A stretch of 64,000 nucleotides of DNA from Octopus vulgaris (lineage: Eukaryota). A program made the translations under genes and the position numbers. The DNA lies in assembly GCA_951406725.2 (NCBI GenBank), contig OX597816.1, positions 62,558,001 to 62,622,000 of the forward strand, written 5' to 3'. The notes beneath the pieces are model-generated. The model had not been told where the DNA came from, made no database searches, and saw only the letters and a list, made by a program, of their open reading frames with translations. This document shows positions 1-13,776 of the stretch, piece after piece (the stretch's first letter is position 1; every line of letters begins with the position of its first letter).

Positions 1-2168
1 GGGTAGACCCCTTGCTTTTTCTTTCCTGTTTTTGGCTTCCACTTACCTGGTGCAAAACACTCCCAGCTTCCTCGCCACAGGCTTCCATCTTCTCATGAAT
101 CTGTCTCGTGACAGGTACCTTTTCTCCAGCCTGATCTTATTACTGAGGTGGTAACTAAAAAAGTTAACCAATCCCTGGCCGTATATAAAGGCACCCGACA
201 CTATGCCTCTCACACACGTCTTCCATACTGTTTCTTTCAGTATGGCTACTATGCAGAAAAAGCAAGACTTCCTTTCCCTGTTAGGGGAAGGGGGAGGCAC
301 AATCTCGATGATAGATTCAGCTGATAGCTGTACTCTTCGCATCGATGACAACAGTTGCTTTACGAAAACTATCAGTCCCGTTAATTCCGGACACTCCACA
401 AATGCGTGCAGGACGGTTTCCCTGTCCTGCCCGCACCTCGGACATGTCGGCGAGACGGCACTTCCGTGCCATGACAGTTTATCACGAGCAGGTAACGCCG
501 CACAGAAGCACTGCCAAACCAGAGATTTTTGGTAATTGTACAGATACCCCGGCCCGAAAGTTCTCCGGAACATGTTGATTAACTGATTTTCATCGTAGTC
601 CATGGTCTCTCCTAAGGCCTCATCGGACTTAACCTCCACTAACCCGCTATAGAAATCCGCGGTGGAACTCTTGTTGCCGGCATTGCCCGCCTGAGAGAGT
701 AGCTGAAGTGCCTGGCGGCACTCCAACTACCAGTCCTCCAGCCTAGGTCTCTGCTTGATCCAATTACCAATGTCTGTTAAGGACGTTAATTGCGGAAGGT
801 AGAACTGAACGTGCGGTGACCACACCAGCTCTCCATCCAGGTAAAGCTAGAGGTGCCTCAACCTTAACGCGAATTTTCGCATCCTCAGCCAAGGCATCCC
901 TAGCCCACTCTTTAGCGGTTTCTGGCAGCTGACAGAGCGCTTCACGAGTGGTTTTCCTCCCTTCCACAAAAAGTGGAAAAGGATTCTCTCCAAATTGTTC
1001 AGCCACAAATCGGGGCAAGGTGATAACCGATGCTATAAACATCTGCACCACCTCCGCCTTTCCTGGCAAGGATAACACCCGCCCAGACCAGGTCTGGGTT
1101 AAAGCAATCACCTTGCTGGCCACCTCACCCCAATTTTTCTCTATCTGGAGGTCTGGCTCGAACCAGACTCCGAGCAGCTTAACAGGACCTTCCGTTCAAC
1201 GCCCCACGACGTTATTGGACGGCATCGGCTTGCTCCTCCAAGTGCCGAGCTGCAAACCAATTGACTTGTCCTTGTTAACCTTTGCTTCTGCCACTGCCTC
1301 GTAACTTGTGATAGCTTCTTCCACCACTGGAACCTGGCCTTCATCCGCTACGATGATGGATATGTCATCTGCGTACGCCATAGCTCCTCTTCCACACCAT
1401 AGATCATGCAGTGCGCCCCCTAGTGCCTCCAACCTCCGCAATAATGGCTTGAGAGCCAGTATATACAAAAGCGGGGACAGGGGATACCCCTCACGCACTG
1501 AGCGCTCGATCCTGAATGGCTTCGAAAGGAAACCATTCATTTTTACGACGGACTCGATGTCGCTGTACAACGCAGCAAACCATCCCCGGAAGGACCGCCG
1601 CCAAGTACTGATGGTCGACCCTATCGAATGCCTTAGACTGGTCTAAATGTACCAGTGCCCCCCCACCTGCGCCTGAAAGCTTCCCCACCCTCTCTAAGGA
1701 GTAGCGTATACGGTGGAGATGGTCATGAATCGTCCTACCCGGGATAGCGCACGTTTGCGTTTCCCCGACAAGTTTGTCCACGACCCGCGCCAAACTTTTT
1801 GCTAGCACCTTGGCCATAATCTTTAACTCTGTGTTCAACAGAGTTATGGGCCTCAAGTTCCCTATCTCGTCCCCCTTGCTCGAGTCCTTCCTGATCAACG
1901 TCACCATCCCACGGCTCGCAGATTGGGAATTCCCCCATTCTGCTGCCAAGTGGCGTAGACGCTGGCCAGCAAGTGCCCGAACAAGTCTGGCATAGTTTTG
2001 TAGAATTCATAAGGCAGACCATCGAGACCCGGCGACTTCTCCCCGGGGCATTCGCCCAGTACCTCGATTACCTCCGCGGCCGTGATTGGTCCTTCACAGC
2101 ACTCAGCTTCGCGTGCCGAGAGACGCAGGCCGCAAGACAGGAAGTCCCTAAGGGCAGGAAGTCCCTAA
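1..2168 (-). mobile_element. Tx1/L1-clade non-LTR retrotransposon ORF2 (RT and C-terminal Cys-rich region), frameshifted
   Basis: Consecutive minus-strand ORF pieces carry RT motifs LRPITLLNTELKIMAKVLA, LDQSKAFDRVDH, SVREGYPLSPLLY, AYADDI and the C-terminal CPRC...ETVLHAFVEC; several frameshifts; runs off the window start. Confidence 0.92.
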
Positions 2169-3050
2169 TTCGTAAAATTAAACTACGTTTAAGTTACGAA
2201 TTACAATTTTGTTTTCAATTTTGTTTACAATAATGTTTTCTTTTGACACATTCTACCAGTATACGAAGTTTCAAATTGTTTAGTTGAGTAGAAAATTCCG
2301 TCTATCAAACGGAAAAGATCCCTCTTTCATTCTCTCAAAAAGCTCGGAGATCTCCGTTTCAATTATATGTTTTGAAGACACAGCGGCTACTGCCGCGAAC
2401 TTTTTTGCTGCCTCATGCAGCTGGTTCTCTTCTTGAATTATTTCGACCGACATATTCGTTCGAAATAAATGAAACAAAATTCAATCCCAGAAAAGGGAAA
2501 CCTATAATTTTTTTACTTTTTTCCCCCTCTTAACGAGGACAACAGTTCAAATCCCACCCCTGCTGGGGGGTGAGACGTAACAACAAAGCCTGCAACGTTC
2601 GAAATTAATTATTTTTTCACACAATAATATAATATAGAATTCCCAAAAACGGGAAACCTATAATATTTTTTCCTCACAACGAGGACAACAGTTCAAATCT
2701 CGCCCACGCTAGTGGCGGATGCCACAATAGAGCCTACAACGGCTAAAATTAAATTTTTTTTTCGCAATAATAAATTGTTTATCCCAAAAAACGGGGAACC
2801 TATAATATTTTTTTCCTCTTCATGAGGATAACAGTTCAAATGCTGGAGTGGGGGACACGACAATAAAGCCCATAACAGCTTTAATAAGTTCAATATTAAT
2901 AATTTTAATATTTCAACAATTACTTTCTCCCATCACCGGGAAAAAGCACAAAAATTTTCAAAGTTCACGAAAATATTCAACAATAAACATTCAACAGTAG
3001 AAAAATTATCCACGTGCAACTAACCGCCAAAAATATAGGTCCATCTACGA
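2169..3050 (-). mobile_element. Probable 5' UTR and ORF1 start of a Tx1-like element
   Basis: Minus-strand peptide KFAAVAAVSSKHIIETEISELFERMKEGS loosely resembles the ORF1 N-terminus of the element at 57205-58882; tandem UTR-type repeats lie upstream; abuts the RT fragment. Confidence 0.45.
2486..2880. repeat. Three diverged tandem units of about 140-155 bp
   Basis: GGGAAACCTATAAT...GAGGA(C/T)AACAGTTCAAAT...AGCC recurs in units starting near 2486, 2642 and 2783. Confidence 0.85.
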
Positions 3051-3337
3051 CACGCTACTTACCACACAGCTGCTCCTACGCCTAGTAACATTTTGTTATA
3101 TCTTATACATCGATTCTTAAACTACGCCCCGCAAGAAATTCTAGTTGCATACTGAGTTAAAAAAGAATAATAATAATTAAAACTTTCGGAAATCCCTGTG
3201 TGAGAGGTTGTTTGAAATCGTATTATTTATAATTTTATTATAGAGACGTGTGATTAAACAAATTAGGAAAGAATAGTTACTATATTTTTCTTCTGAATTT
3301 TACCTTTAAATCAAATCTTTATTATTACCAAAATTAA

Positions 3338-3555
3338 GGTGGTGAGCCGGCAAAATTGTTAAGAACGCCGGGTAAAATACTCCACGGCATTTCGTCCGTC
3401 TTTTCGTTCTGAGTTCAAATTCTCCCAAGGTTGACTTTGCTTCTCATCCTTTTAGAGTACAATAAATTAAGTACCCGTGCGACACTATGGTCAAATTAAT
3501 CCTCTGTACTTCTCCCGCAAACTTCAGGCCTTGGTCCTATATTAGAAAGGATAAT
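3338..3555 (+). mobile_element. tRNA-derived SINE family A, diverged
   Basis: GGTGAGCCGGCAAAATTGTT head, GAGTTCAAATTC B-box-like motif, GACTTTGC.TCTCATCCTTT body shared with other copies. Confidence 0.8.
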
Positions 3556-5065
3556 TACCAAACATTTCCAAGGGAAGCGTGCCGGTAAATTATTATGTTT
3601 GACAATATAAAAATGCTTGAGGCCCAAGGCCATATCGGCGTTTTTTCTGTTGCTATTTATGTGACACTCACCATATCTACACAAAAACACGTTTTTTTTT
3701 GACAAAGGTCTTAAAACCAGATTATTAATATTCTTACTTCTTTTGGTTGATTACGATTTCCAGTCTATCATATTCACCAAAGTCTCTCATTCTTGAAACA
3801 ATAGAATTTGCATGTTAAATGCTAGCTTGCTAGGCTCCTCTATGAAAAGCAAAAACCAACAGAAAATAAAACTTATGTTACGATTCACTAAATAACTAAA
3901 TATTTTGTTTTATTGTTTAGTCGTATGTAAAAGATATCTGATCGAGCAGACCTTCAATCAAAGTAACCCTACCGCTGTATGAAGTGCACAATTTACCTTT
4001 ATATTTCATACCTTCTATCTTTATAAGACGGTAACGAATTTGTCGCTCTACGTTATTGCGACACTCACGCTAAGTCTGTGTATTTTGTTCCTTTAATAGA
4101 GAGACAAGATAAACCTAAAGGAATGGATCATCTGGATTTAAGTCACATGATTTATACAATATGTATACCACTCGCTAAATATCAGTAACTGAAATCCAGA
4201 GACAAACATTGCAAGATAACTCAATTATATCAAATGCAGGATTGATTTCAGAGTGTTTTCTCTTAGACTCTTCCAAACACTCCATACCTACAAGTCAGTA
4301 TGAATTTGAAAGGAGTATACTTGATATATTTCCCCACAGTTTGGTAGCCATTGACTCTCATGTGTTCTTCTGGCCTTTAATGTGTCTCGTTTTTTTTTAT
4401 CCTGCAGTATGTTGAAAAAGTCAGCCACTTCACCAAGCTGGCCAGGAGAAGTTGACAGTTTGGTTACCGACCATCCGACACTGCAGTAGTTTGCACTAGA
4501 CTGCAAGTTATCTGTAGCACTTCATAATCAACTGGAATCGCACACACTCACATACACATATTTAAACACTCACACACGTACATTATACATATGATATACG
4601 CGTGTGTGTAAGTGTGTGAGTGTGTATTCCAAATGTATTTCACTGTCTCCAATAAGCGAAAAGAAACAAGAAGAATATGGGTCTTGTTATTAATATAAAT
4701 CGTTATCGATTTGATTCAACATCGATTATATGCCGTTTATTATATTTTATCAAGCCTTCTATCACCTCCATTGCTAATGTAACCCTCATTTCCTTGAACT
4801 CTACTCCTATATATTGATATCACTGACCATTTGACTATGTCGTCAAGCAACATAACTGGCGATTTTATCAAATACAAAAGAACTGATAAATTCAGCTCTT
4901 TTTATGGCATATAAATATTCAATGTGGATTATCAATATATTATTACATCAATATATTACCAACAATTTTCATGGAAGATATAGGATCATTTGGATTCAGA
5001 GGTCCACATGATTCACACAATAAGTGTGTGTGTGTGTGTATACACGTGCGTGTGTGTGGATGGGC

Positions 5066-5125
<60 letters not shown>

Positions 5126-8100
5126 GCAGTGTTATATTTATATAGATAAACATAAATTTATATATATAAAATATAAATATCTATCTATCTATATATATAT
5201 ATCTTTCTATCTATCTATCGTTTGACAGCATCAGCCTTTTCATAAAAAAAACTCCAATTATAATGATATCTGTATTGATCGAAAACTGTGATGACACGTA
5301 TATTTTGCTTTCTTTCTGATGGAGTATGTGACATCAGAGTTGTAAATTATGGTATAACTAAAGAATCCGAATGTCATAATACAAAGGAATATCAATCTAC
5401 TTGAATGAAAACAGCTCGTCAGAACTGCATGTCGTTGAAAAAAAAAATAAAACGGATAAATTATAGAAAAGCTGTATCTAACACATCAATAGCACAATGC
5501 TTGTTACAAATGATAATGAAGGAAAATCTGAATTTGATTTTCCTTGTTATTAAATCATATCGAATGCAAGAAAAGAAATGGTCTGAAAAAGATGCTACTT
5601 AGTCAAAAGACTCATTTTCCTAAAGAGAAAAAAAACCCAAACAAACAAAGAAATAAACAAAATTTATTGAAGGGGTGCAATTTTGCAGGAGAATATAATA
5701 TAATAAACAATTCGCCCGATGTCTATCTTACAACAACAAATAAAATATCTTGTAATGGAGGTATCAGTACCAAAAGGTAATAATAAAAACTGTGTTCAAG
5801 CATGAATATTTGTGTAGACTAATTAGAATAATTATGCAAAAAGAAATGTGCATGTTGATTATTTCGTTGTATTTTTCCATAACTGATTAGTTAGGCACCG
5901 GGTCTCAAGTTTGAAGAGAATGATATAGTTGTTTATATAATCCCTCACTACTGAAACTAGTATTTTGGTTTAGCGACTTCGAGTGGTTGGGAGGCAAGTT
6001 GACCTCGAGAGAATTAGAACGTAAATAAATAGCTCTAACGATTCTGCACATCAACTGATTTTCTGAAGCCATCGCTAGGTCAGTACGTGTCACTCGAGTA
6101 GGTCAGCGAGGTCTATATTAGCCTTCGCCTATGCAAGCGTTCCACTTGCATTCTCCTGTCAATACAATCACATTGAGCGAGATTCAGCTATCATTCTTGC
6201 TTTCTTCACTCGTCTGTGTCCCAGACGAATCATCTGTAGGTAATAGCGCACTGATCTACCTGGAAATCTGTGGCAACCAACTTTAACAGAGAATGCAGCC
6301 GCGTACCCTGTCTTGACATGTGCCTTCTCGACTAAGTCCTGATGTTTATTCTTCTCTAGCTGGTGGGAAAATTCAAGTCAGCCTTCCCAGGGTAGTGTAA
6401 GTTCCACGACGATGAGTATATTTGTAATCCTGGAGAGCAGGAACATGGTTGGTCAGAGTGATATTACCGCTACCTCCCCTGGGAACACGAGTCTACTCTT
6501 CAGGCCGTCTTAAAAATAAAACTCTAGAGCTGGGGGCTGGCAGTGCTAGATTTAAAGAATATGACTAAAAAATATGTGATATTCGAACAGCTAAAAGCAA
6601 AAACTAGAACACCAGATTTTAGACTGAATCAAGCAGCATAATTTAAAAACCTCGCCAGTTTTATATCCTTTAGTTTCAACCAGTAACCAGTGGTCAACGG
6701 AATCTGTACTGCAGATGGTATTTGCTAAACGAGGAAATTTTATGCTACTGCTCTTAAAATGAGGGATAGAGATTGCTCTGAAATATTACTCTGTTGAATG
6801 CCTAAGTCTGATTTAAGGTATTGATTCAATTCCGTATTGATCTGTCAGGCTTTTTTTGCCGAAAATTTTTAAATCATTTTCTTTTCAATGTGAGGTAATT
6901 CAAATATGTGATTTCATCTTCAGATGTGTGGTTTTAACATAATGCAATGGTGCACGTTTCATGAATTTACATCACTATAATACCAATGTTTACTACTAGA
7001 CATTCTAAGCCCACTTTCACTTAAACATGTTTCTGCATATCTTTAATCTGTCTTCTTGTTATTTTAGGCAAGCTTTACATTCAAATTGCCACTATAAGGT
7101 TGTAGCGAGAACGGTAGACCGAATCTGTTATTCTGTTTAACTGCAACAGCTAACCCTCGTGCGTCTTTAATGGTCACCGATTTCTTGCTAGCATTCCAGC
7201 CCTGTATCCTGGTAGAGACTTCCTTATTTGTTTCGCTAGTCACGGGGGTCTGAGAAGAGATGTCATGGTCGCTGCTCCTTCTACTACAGATGACTAAGCA
7301 ATTGCAAAGGCCATATAACGGTAGTCTTCTTGTCCTATTACCCAAAACCATATTAAGATAAACAATAATTATTTTAGGAAATCATTTAAACTACAGAATT
7401 GTTACGACCATATTATCAGCAAATTAAAATTTCCATTTGACTTTGTACACATCGATACAAAAGAAATATGTTTTAAACCATTTCCCAGATGAATTTTAAT
7501 AGACCAAGTGGATCTATTAATTGATAACAGTTTCGAGTTCTTCGATTCAGTAATCGAACTATGGATGGACACCTTCCTAGACAATCTTTATTTCCATTCA
7601 ATATCGCTTTCTATTAGAAATAATCGTTTTATCTTCGTAAAACTGTAATCGCTATATTTCTATAAACCAAAATCTTATTTTCGTTATTAATGTATAGTGA
7701 AGAAAGCATCATTATCTGTAATTGCTTTCGAAAGAAAGAACAGGAAAAAAGAGAAGAAATCTTTTAACAGCAGCAAGCTATCTTGCTGTGAGAGTGTATG
7801 TAGAAATATCTGATTTGTGAAACAAAAATAGAATAAAATAAAATGTAGAGTTAATTACTATTTTAAAGAAAGGCATATTTGAAAACCTATTTTGAATTAC
7901 ACACATTAACGCTTTCAATATGAAAACTCTATTCTCTGCAATGCTATTCCCAGGTTGATGTTATTCATAATTGTATAAAAATAACATATTATTGCAGACA
8001 CGAAACACTCAGGTTAGCTTTTCTTATGATTGGAAGTGAAAAACAAAAACGCTGTCAGCGGAATGATTAGAGATGGATAGAAAAGTGCATTACAACAAAG

Positions 8101-8767
8101 AACGCTCGATAGCAAGATACTGGTACATACATACATACGGGTATATATATATATATATATATAGATATATATATATATATATATATATGTACATATATAT
8201 GGGGAAATAGAAAGAGATTAGGAGAATTAAAGTTGAGATTGATATTTAAAGTACGCGATGTATCATTGTGAAGATCCTAAAAGTTTCCGCGCAGAATGAG
8301 TTAATGCATAAAACGATTTAAATGAATTTTTGGTGGTAGTATTAAGAAAATGAATATTTAATGGCAGTATTAAGAAAACATGGGCAAGATACTTTAGTGA
8401 CTCATACTTTTTTGTGAGAATACAATCTCTTAAAATGCTTCGGGGTCGAAGAGGTGAGAATGGGAGTGTATAAAGATATAACAATGAAAACTTTCTAAAC
8501 CACTCCTTAGCCTGTTTTGTTTTGTTTCTTATAAAGAATTTACATTGTATAATACAATTATGTGGTTCGAATGTCTTTAATCATAACATCTGGTAGCACG
8601 ATCTGATTCTCAACAAGAGTAAAAACAACAACAACAACAATAACAATAACAGCAACGACAACAACATCAACAAAAGCATCTCATGTTGTCATTATCATAG
8701 TTATTGCCATTAAATAATTATTTTATGAATATTCAAGTGCTCGTCATGCTAGGAATGGTGAACAGAA

Positions 8768-8998
8768 GGCGGCGAGCTGGCAGAAACGTTAGCACGCCGG
8801 ACAAAATGCGTAGCTGTATTTCGTCTGTCGCTACGTTGTGAGTTCAAATTCCGCCGAGGTCGACTATGCCTTTCATCCTTTCGGGGTCGATAAATTAAGT
8901 ACCAGTTATGCCCTGGGGTCAATATAATCGGCTTAATCCGTTTGTCTGTCCTTGTTTGACCCCTCTGTGTTTAGCCCCTTGTGGGTAATAAAGAAATA
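8768..8998 (+). mobile_element. SINE family A, full length
   Basis: GGCGGCGAGCTGGCAGAAACGTTAGC...GAGTTCAAATTCCGCCGAGG...TTTAGCCCCTTGTGGGTAATAAAGAAAT, near-identical to 52292 and 62614. Confidence 0.9.
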
Positions 8999-9405
8999 GG
9001 TTCCGAGTCCAGTCCCACTGTGTGGCATCTTGGGCAGCTGCTTTTTTTTTATATACCCTGCCGACTAAAGCCTTGTGAGAAGACTTAATCGTGGAGGGAA
9101 ACTTATAGAAGCCCATCGTATATATTCATATATATTTATAAATATTTATTTGTGCGTGTGCGTGCGTGTGTGTGTGTGAGTGTGAGTATGCTTGTGTGTC
9201 TTTATATGTGTGTTTGCTCCGATCACTACCTGATAACTGTTGTCGGTTGTGTTTACGTCCCTGTAACCTAGCGATTTAGCAAACGACACCGATAGAATAT
9301 GTACCAGGGTCTTCAAAATATAAGGACTAGGGCATTCACTCATGAAAATTCCTTAAAACGATGACCCACCATGGAGGCAGTCTAATGCCTGAAACAACTA
9401 AAAGA
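8999..9405 (+). mobile_element. SINE family B, 5'-truncated and diverged
   Basis: GGTTCCGAGTCCAGTCCCACTG...AAAGCCTTGTGAG...microsatellite...GATAGAATA...CTGAAACAA. Confidence 0.8.
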
Positions 9406-9532
9406 TAAACATACACATAAACAAAGGCGTAGATCTGGCAGGGTCGTTAGCAAGCTGGGCGAAATGCTTACCGGTATTTCGTCTGTCTTTATGTTCTGAG
9501 TTCAAATACCGCCGAGGACGACTTTGCCTTTA

Positions 9533-9940
9533 AGGCGCAGGAGTGGCTGTGTGGTAAGTAGCTTGCTTACTAACCAAATGTTTTCGGGTTCATTCCCACC
9601 GCGTGGCACCTTGGACAAGTGTCTTCTACTATAGCCTCTAGCCGAACAAAGCCTTGTGAGTGGATTTGGTAGATGGAGACTGAAAGAAGCCCGTCGCATA
9701 TATGTATATATCATTTATGTATTTATATGTTTGTGTGTCTGTGTTTGTCCCCCAACATCGCTTGACAACCGATGGTCGTGCGTTTACGTCCCCGTAACAT
9801 AGCTGTTCGGCAAAAGAGAACGATAGAATAAGTACTAGGCTTATAAAGAATAAGTCCTGGGGTCAATTTGCTCGACTAAAGGTGGTGCTCCAGCATGGCC
9901 GCAGTCAAATGTCTGAAGCAAGTAAAAGAGTAAAAGAGAA
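9533..9940 (+). mobile_element. tRNA-derived SINE family B (internal microsatellite), full length, preceded by a partial family A head (about 9427-9531)
   Basis: GGCGCAGGAGTGGCTGTGTGGTAAGTAGC A-box-like head, GGTTCATTCCC B-box-like motif, internal (TA/TG)n, tail CAGCATGGCCGCAGTCAAATG...AAGTAAAAGAG. Confidence 0.9.
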
Positions 9941-11094
9941 TAAACACACACACACACGCAGAGAGCTTTCACACACACACGGCTTCCCCACACACACACG
10001 CGCGCACCTTCTACTGATTTTGTCCATCAAACTCATTCACAAGGCACCGTGTCGACCGAAGACAATAGCAGAAGACTCTTGTGTAAGATCTCGCGCAATG
10101 GGAGTGAACTCGAAACCAAGTGGTTGCAAAGCGTGATCCTTACCTACCTGACCATTCTTGCAGACACTGTTGAAGAATGTATTGATAAGACTTACTGATT
10201 TGTAGCACTAACCCCACTCGTCTGCCTTACGTGGCATATCGCATAGTATGATGAAGTTGTTATCCTGTCAGACTTAGGCGCTATCACGTTTCTGTCAGTA
10301 GTTCATGATAATGATATCATTTACATTATACAGAACTCCAACTTTGCCATATATTTATTTACACCATTTTTTGGCACGGAACGGGTAGTTAGACGTAACA
10401 TAAGTCATTGTTTTTCAAGAACTCAACAGCTTTCCTCGTATCTCGGGAGGGTTTTTATAGCAATAATAAACACATACACTGGTTCCATTTCACTTCTTTC
10501 AAAAATTATTATTTGTAACTAACTACTAATACTAAAAAACAAAAATGGAATAGTATTAGTGTGTGTGTGTGTGTGTGCTTGTTAATTATTAGTATAAAGA
10601 TGCTCGCATGATAGAAGAAACATATGTTTGCAAACCTAAATACAAAAACTCAAGACGTTATACAATTTCTGTTTCTGCTTCATTATATATTATTGTCAAA
10701 TTCTTTGAGGTATAATAAAAGCTGAAATTCTATCCTCAGCTTTCAGTTTTGGGCTCTGATGCCAATGATGAGATTGTTCAGATTATTATTTATACGTTTC
10801 TCATTTATTAAGTCTCATCAAATATTATCTGTGGAGGGGTTTATCTTGACTCCATTTGAACCACGTTATGTCATACATATATCTGTATATCTACATATAT
10901 AAGTTTAAAATAGAATAAAATCTTTATAAGGATTTATCAAGTAATCAGCGTGAAAAACCCCATAAGGGAAAATTATAATTATTCCCTTTAAATATATTTA
11001 TTTATATTAAGGGCAATACTACACATAAATACCTCACCCTATGAGGGACTCTTAAAGTTTTGACTTGAGGCCTTTATGTGTAGTAATGCCCTTA

Positions 11095-11148
<54 letters not shown>

Positions 11149-11404
11149 CCAGCCCAAATATATACATATATATATGTACGTGTGTGTATGTATGTATGTA
11201 TGTATGTATGTATGTATGCGTGTATATATATGTGTGTGTGTATATATGTATATTTATATATGTATATATATATATATATGTGTGTGTGTATATATGTATA
11301 TATTTTTATATATGTATATATATATACGTATGTGTATATATATATATATATGTGTGTGTTTATATATATGTGTATATATATATATATGTGTGTGTGTTTA
11401 TATA

Positions 11405-11471
<67 letters not shown>

Positions 11472-11610
11472 GGAGATGTATTTTCAAAGCAAGTGACCTG
11501 ATCTGAGATCGTGTGCTGGAACGAAAGCAATTGCAGCGTGGAAGGTGTGTATAAGCCATTTAAGAAACACACAAAAGCCGTTAGATTCACTTCAACATAT
11601 ATAAATTTAA

Positions 11611-11661
11611 TTTGTCAAAATATTTTCGTCGCTTTGAGACCGCGACATGTTCACTGACAAA
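11611..11661 (-). ncRNA. Candidate minimal type-I hammerhead ribozyme, G3-C8 core variant
   Basis: Minus strand: tttgtca-GUGAACA-u-gtcgc(loop)gcgac-GAAA-atat-UU-tgacaaa; 7-bp stem I, 5-bp stem II, palindromic stem III; lies in a ~190-bp insert (11470-11663) repeated at 17050-17250. Confidence 0.65.
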
Positions 11662-11825
11662 ACCCATACAAATACATGCGTATATATACTATTAATACAT
11701 ATATTCACTCATATATATATATACGAGGCCAATCCGATTATTCATTTCAACCACGTACCTATTTGATCAAGATAATACCGCAGTAAATATCAAGATCGGA
11801 GTGAATAAAGAAATATATATTCATA

Positions 11826-12173
11826 CATAAAAACCGTTAATGATCTTATCAGTGGGCAGCATGTAATAAGATCCATATAGATAAAATTTAATATAGATAT
11901 GTCATTATAGAGAAATAATTATAATTAATTATGCTAATGTAATTGAAGTGATTTTAGAGTTATTTGTCGCGTACCTCTAGCATGTAGGTGCTGTTTCGCA
12001 TAAAAACCGTTAATGATCTTATCAGTGGGCAGCATGTAATAAGATCCATATAGATAAAATTTAATATAGATATGTCATTATAGAGAAATAATTATAATTA
12101 ATTATGCTAATGTAATTGAAGTGATTTTAGAGTTATTTGTCGCGTACCTCTAGCATGTAGGTGCTGTTTCGCA
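11826..12173. repeat. Tandem duplication, 173-bp period
   Basis: CATAAAAACCGTTAATGATC...GTGCTGTTTCG starts at 11826 and again at 11999; no mismatches seen. Confidence 0.95.
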
Positions 12174-12237
12174 GCACCCTTAATTATAATTATATCTATA
12201 TAATTATATATCTAAGTATTAATATATGTATGTATAA

Positions 12238-12311
<74 letters not shown>

Positions 12312-12406
12312 TCACATATACGTATATATATATATATATATATATGTAAACATATATACATACATATACTCTTACATAGATATATATACTTACATAAATA
12401 TGTATT

Positions 12407-12464
<58 letters not shown>

Positions 12465-12923
12465 TATATTGAGGGTACTACTAATCGTAGATACCAACAC
12501 GCTAAGAGGGACCAATGCGGTCAAAACTACTAAAAATAAACAAAATTTTACCGAATGCAAAACTTCAAAACACATCATTTTAAAAAAAGAATTCAGTTAC
12601 ATATCACATGTGATTTCGCATTTAATGCAGAATATGCATTTCATGTTCATCAGTGCAACAAACTCAAGAAATATAAGAGAAAACATAACATTACAAGCTC
12701 GATAGCCAACCGTAGAATTCGTCGTAGCATGTACGAATGTTTATCTTTACATATCTATGAAAATGGCGGGCTTATTCGCCCTTATATATTTATATCCTCG
12801 TTTACTATTTAGCATTTGCGTTTTTAATATTTTCTGATAACTTTCTGTGATGTAAACTTTGCTTGTCTTGTGCATCATATCTGATACTCTAGGGATACGT
12901 CCCTGCCGTCCATGCATCATATA

Positions 12924-13776
12924 CGAAGTGCACTCCAAATATCTTGAAACGTTTTTTAGAAGAGAGATTTATAAATATCTCAGATGAATGTAACTTCATT
13001 CCGCAATTAATATACATGAATTAAGTTGTCCTGCCAGCTTTTATTATTCCACACTAAAGTAGATGCCTGTACTGGTACATTGAACACACCTTACTAACCA
13101 CTGATTGTCACTGCCGAGTAATATGCGGAATGAAGTCAGGACGTGAAGACAATCTGGAAGCTCGTTATACAAGGAGGTTTTGTGTTGAAATTGGCAAAGA
13201 CCCTATGGAAACATGAAATGCTCCAAACTACTTATAGATGAACTTTTATGAATCGGGCATCTGTTTTCGTTGGTAAAAGAAACTAGGTAAAGCAAGTCCA
13301 CCAGGAATCTCATGATTATCCCTTTCTTCGACCGCAAGGATATCAACTATACTGTCAGGGCCGTCTCTGGTCAATGCTCAACAAAAAGTACTTTGTGGAA
13401 ATTTTGAGAGATTTCAAGATGAGATTTCGTTGCAGAAGCCCGGACACTAGCACCAGGACAATGCACCAGTCCATATCCTGGTAACCGACTACTTGGCAGA
13501 GATGGGCATTAAAACTTTCCCTTGCTTTCCTTACAGTCCAGACCTTGCTCCCTGTGACTCTTTGGTTGTTCCCCAAGCTAAAGAATTTGAAGAAGGCCGT
13601 GACAAATATGCTGGGCACCTTCATTTTGGAGGACATTCATTAGGCCTTCACAAGGAAGCTGGAGTGCTTCAACAAGTTCACTGACGATAGAGGATCCTGC
13701 TCTGAAGGAGATTAGAGTTTTGGACTTCTTTGAAATTTCTAAATATCTTCCATGAAAAAGCCTCCAATGCACCTTG
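12924..13776 (+). mobile_element. Decayed, internally deleted mariner transposon
   Basis: Motifs HQDNAP and PYSPDLAPCD; imperfect ends TA-CGAAGTGCA...TGCACCTTG-TA. Confidence 0.8.

Noticed and set aside
2486-2880. CRISPR-like repeat-spacer array
   Set aside because: Units are long, diverged and similar throughout, with no unique spacers or cas genes; eukaryotic retroelement context
4288-4531. Exon-like minus-strand segment (..TTCCAG acceptor, GTATGG donor)
   Set aside because: Stops in all three frames across the segment and no recognisable protein; a non-coding exon cannot be excluded without RNA data
7064-7584. Two short minus-strand ORFs in non-repetitive DNA
   Set aside because: No recognisable motif or consistent exon chain
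8768-9620. tRNA genes
   Set aside because: A/B-box-like motifs belong to SINE heads; no full cloverleaf seen
11076-11506. ORFs of YIYI/VCVC/THTH type here and throughout the window
   Set aside because: Translations of (TA)n, (TG)n and (TATG)n microsatellites, which lack stops by construction
12626-12657. Minus-strand CUGAUGA-acat-GAAA-tgca-UA motif
   Set aside because: Core and palindrome are present, but stem II is essentially absent and stem I needs a 3-nt bulge; chance or heavily decayed
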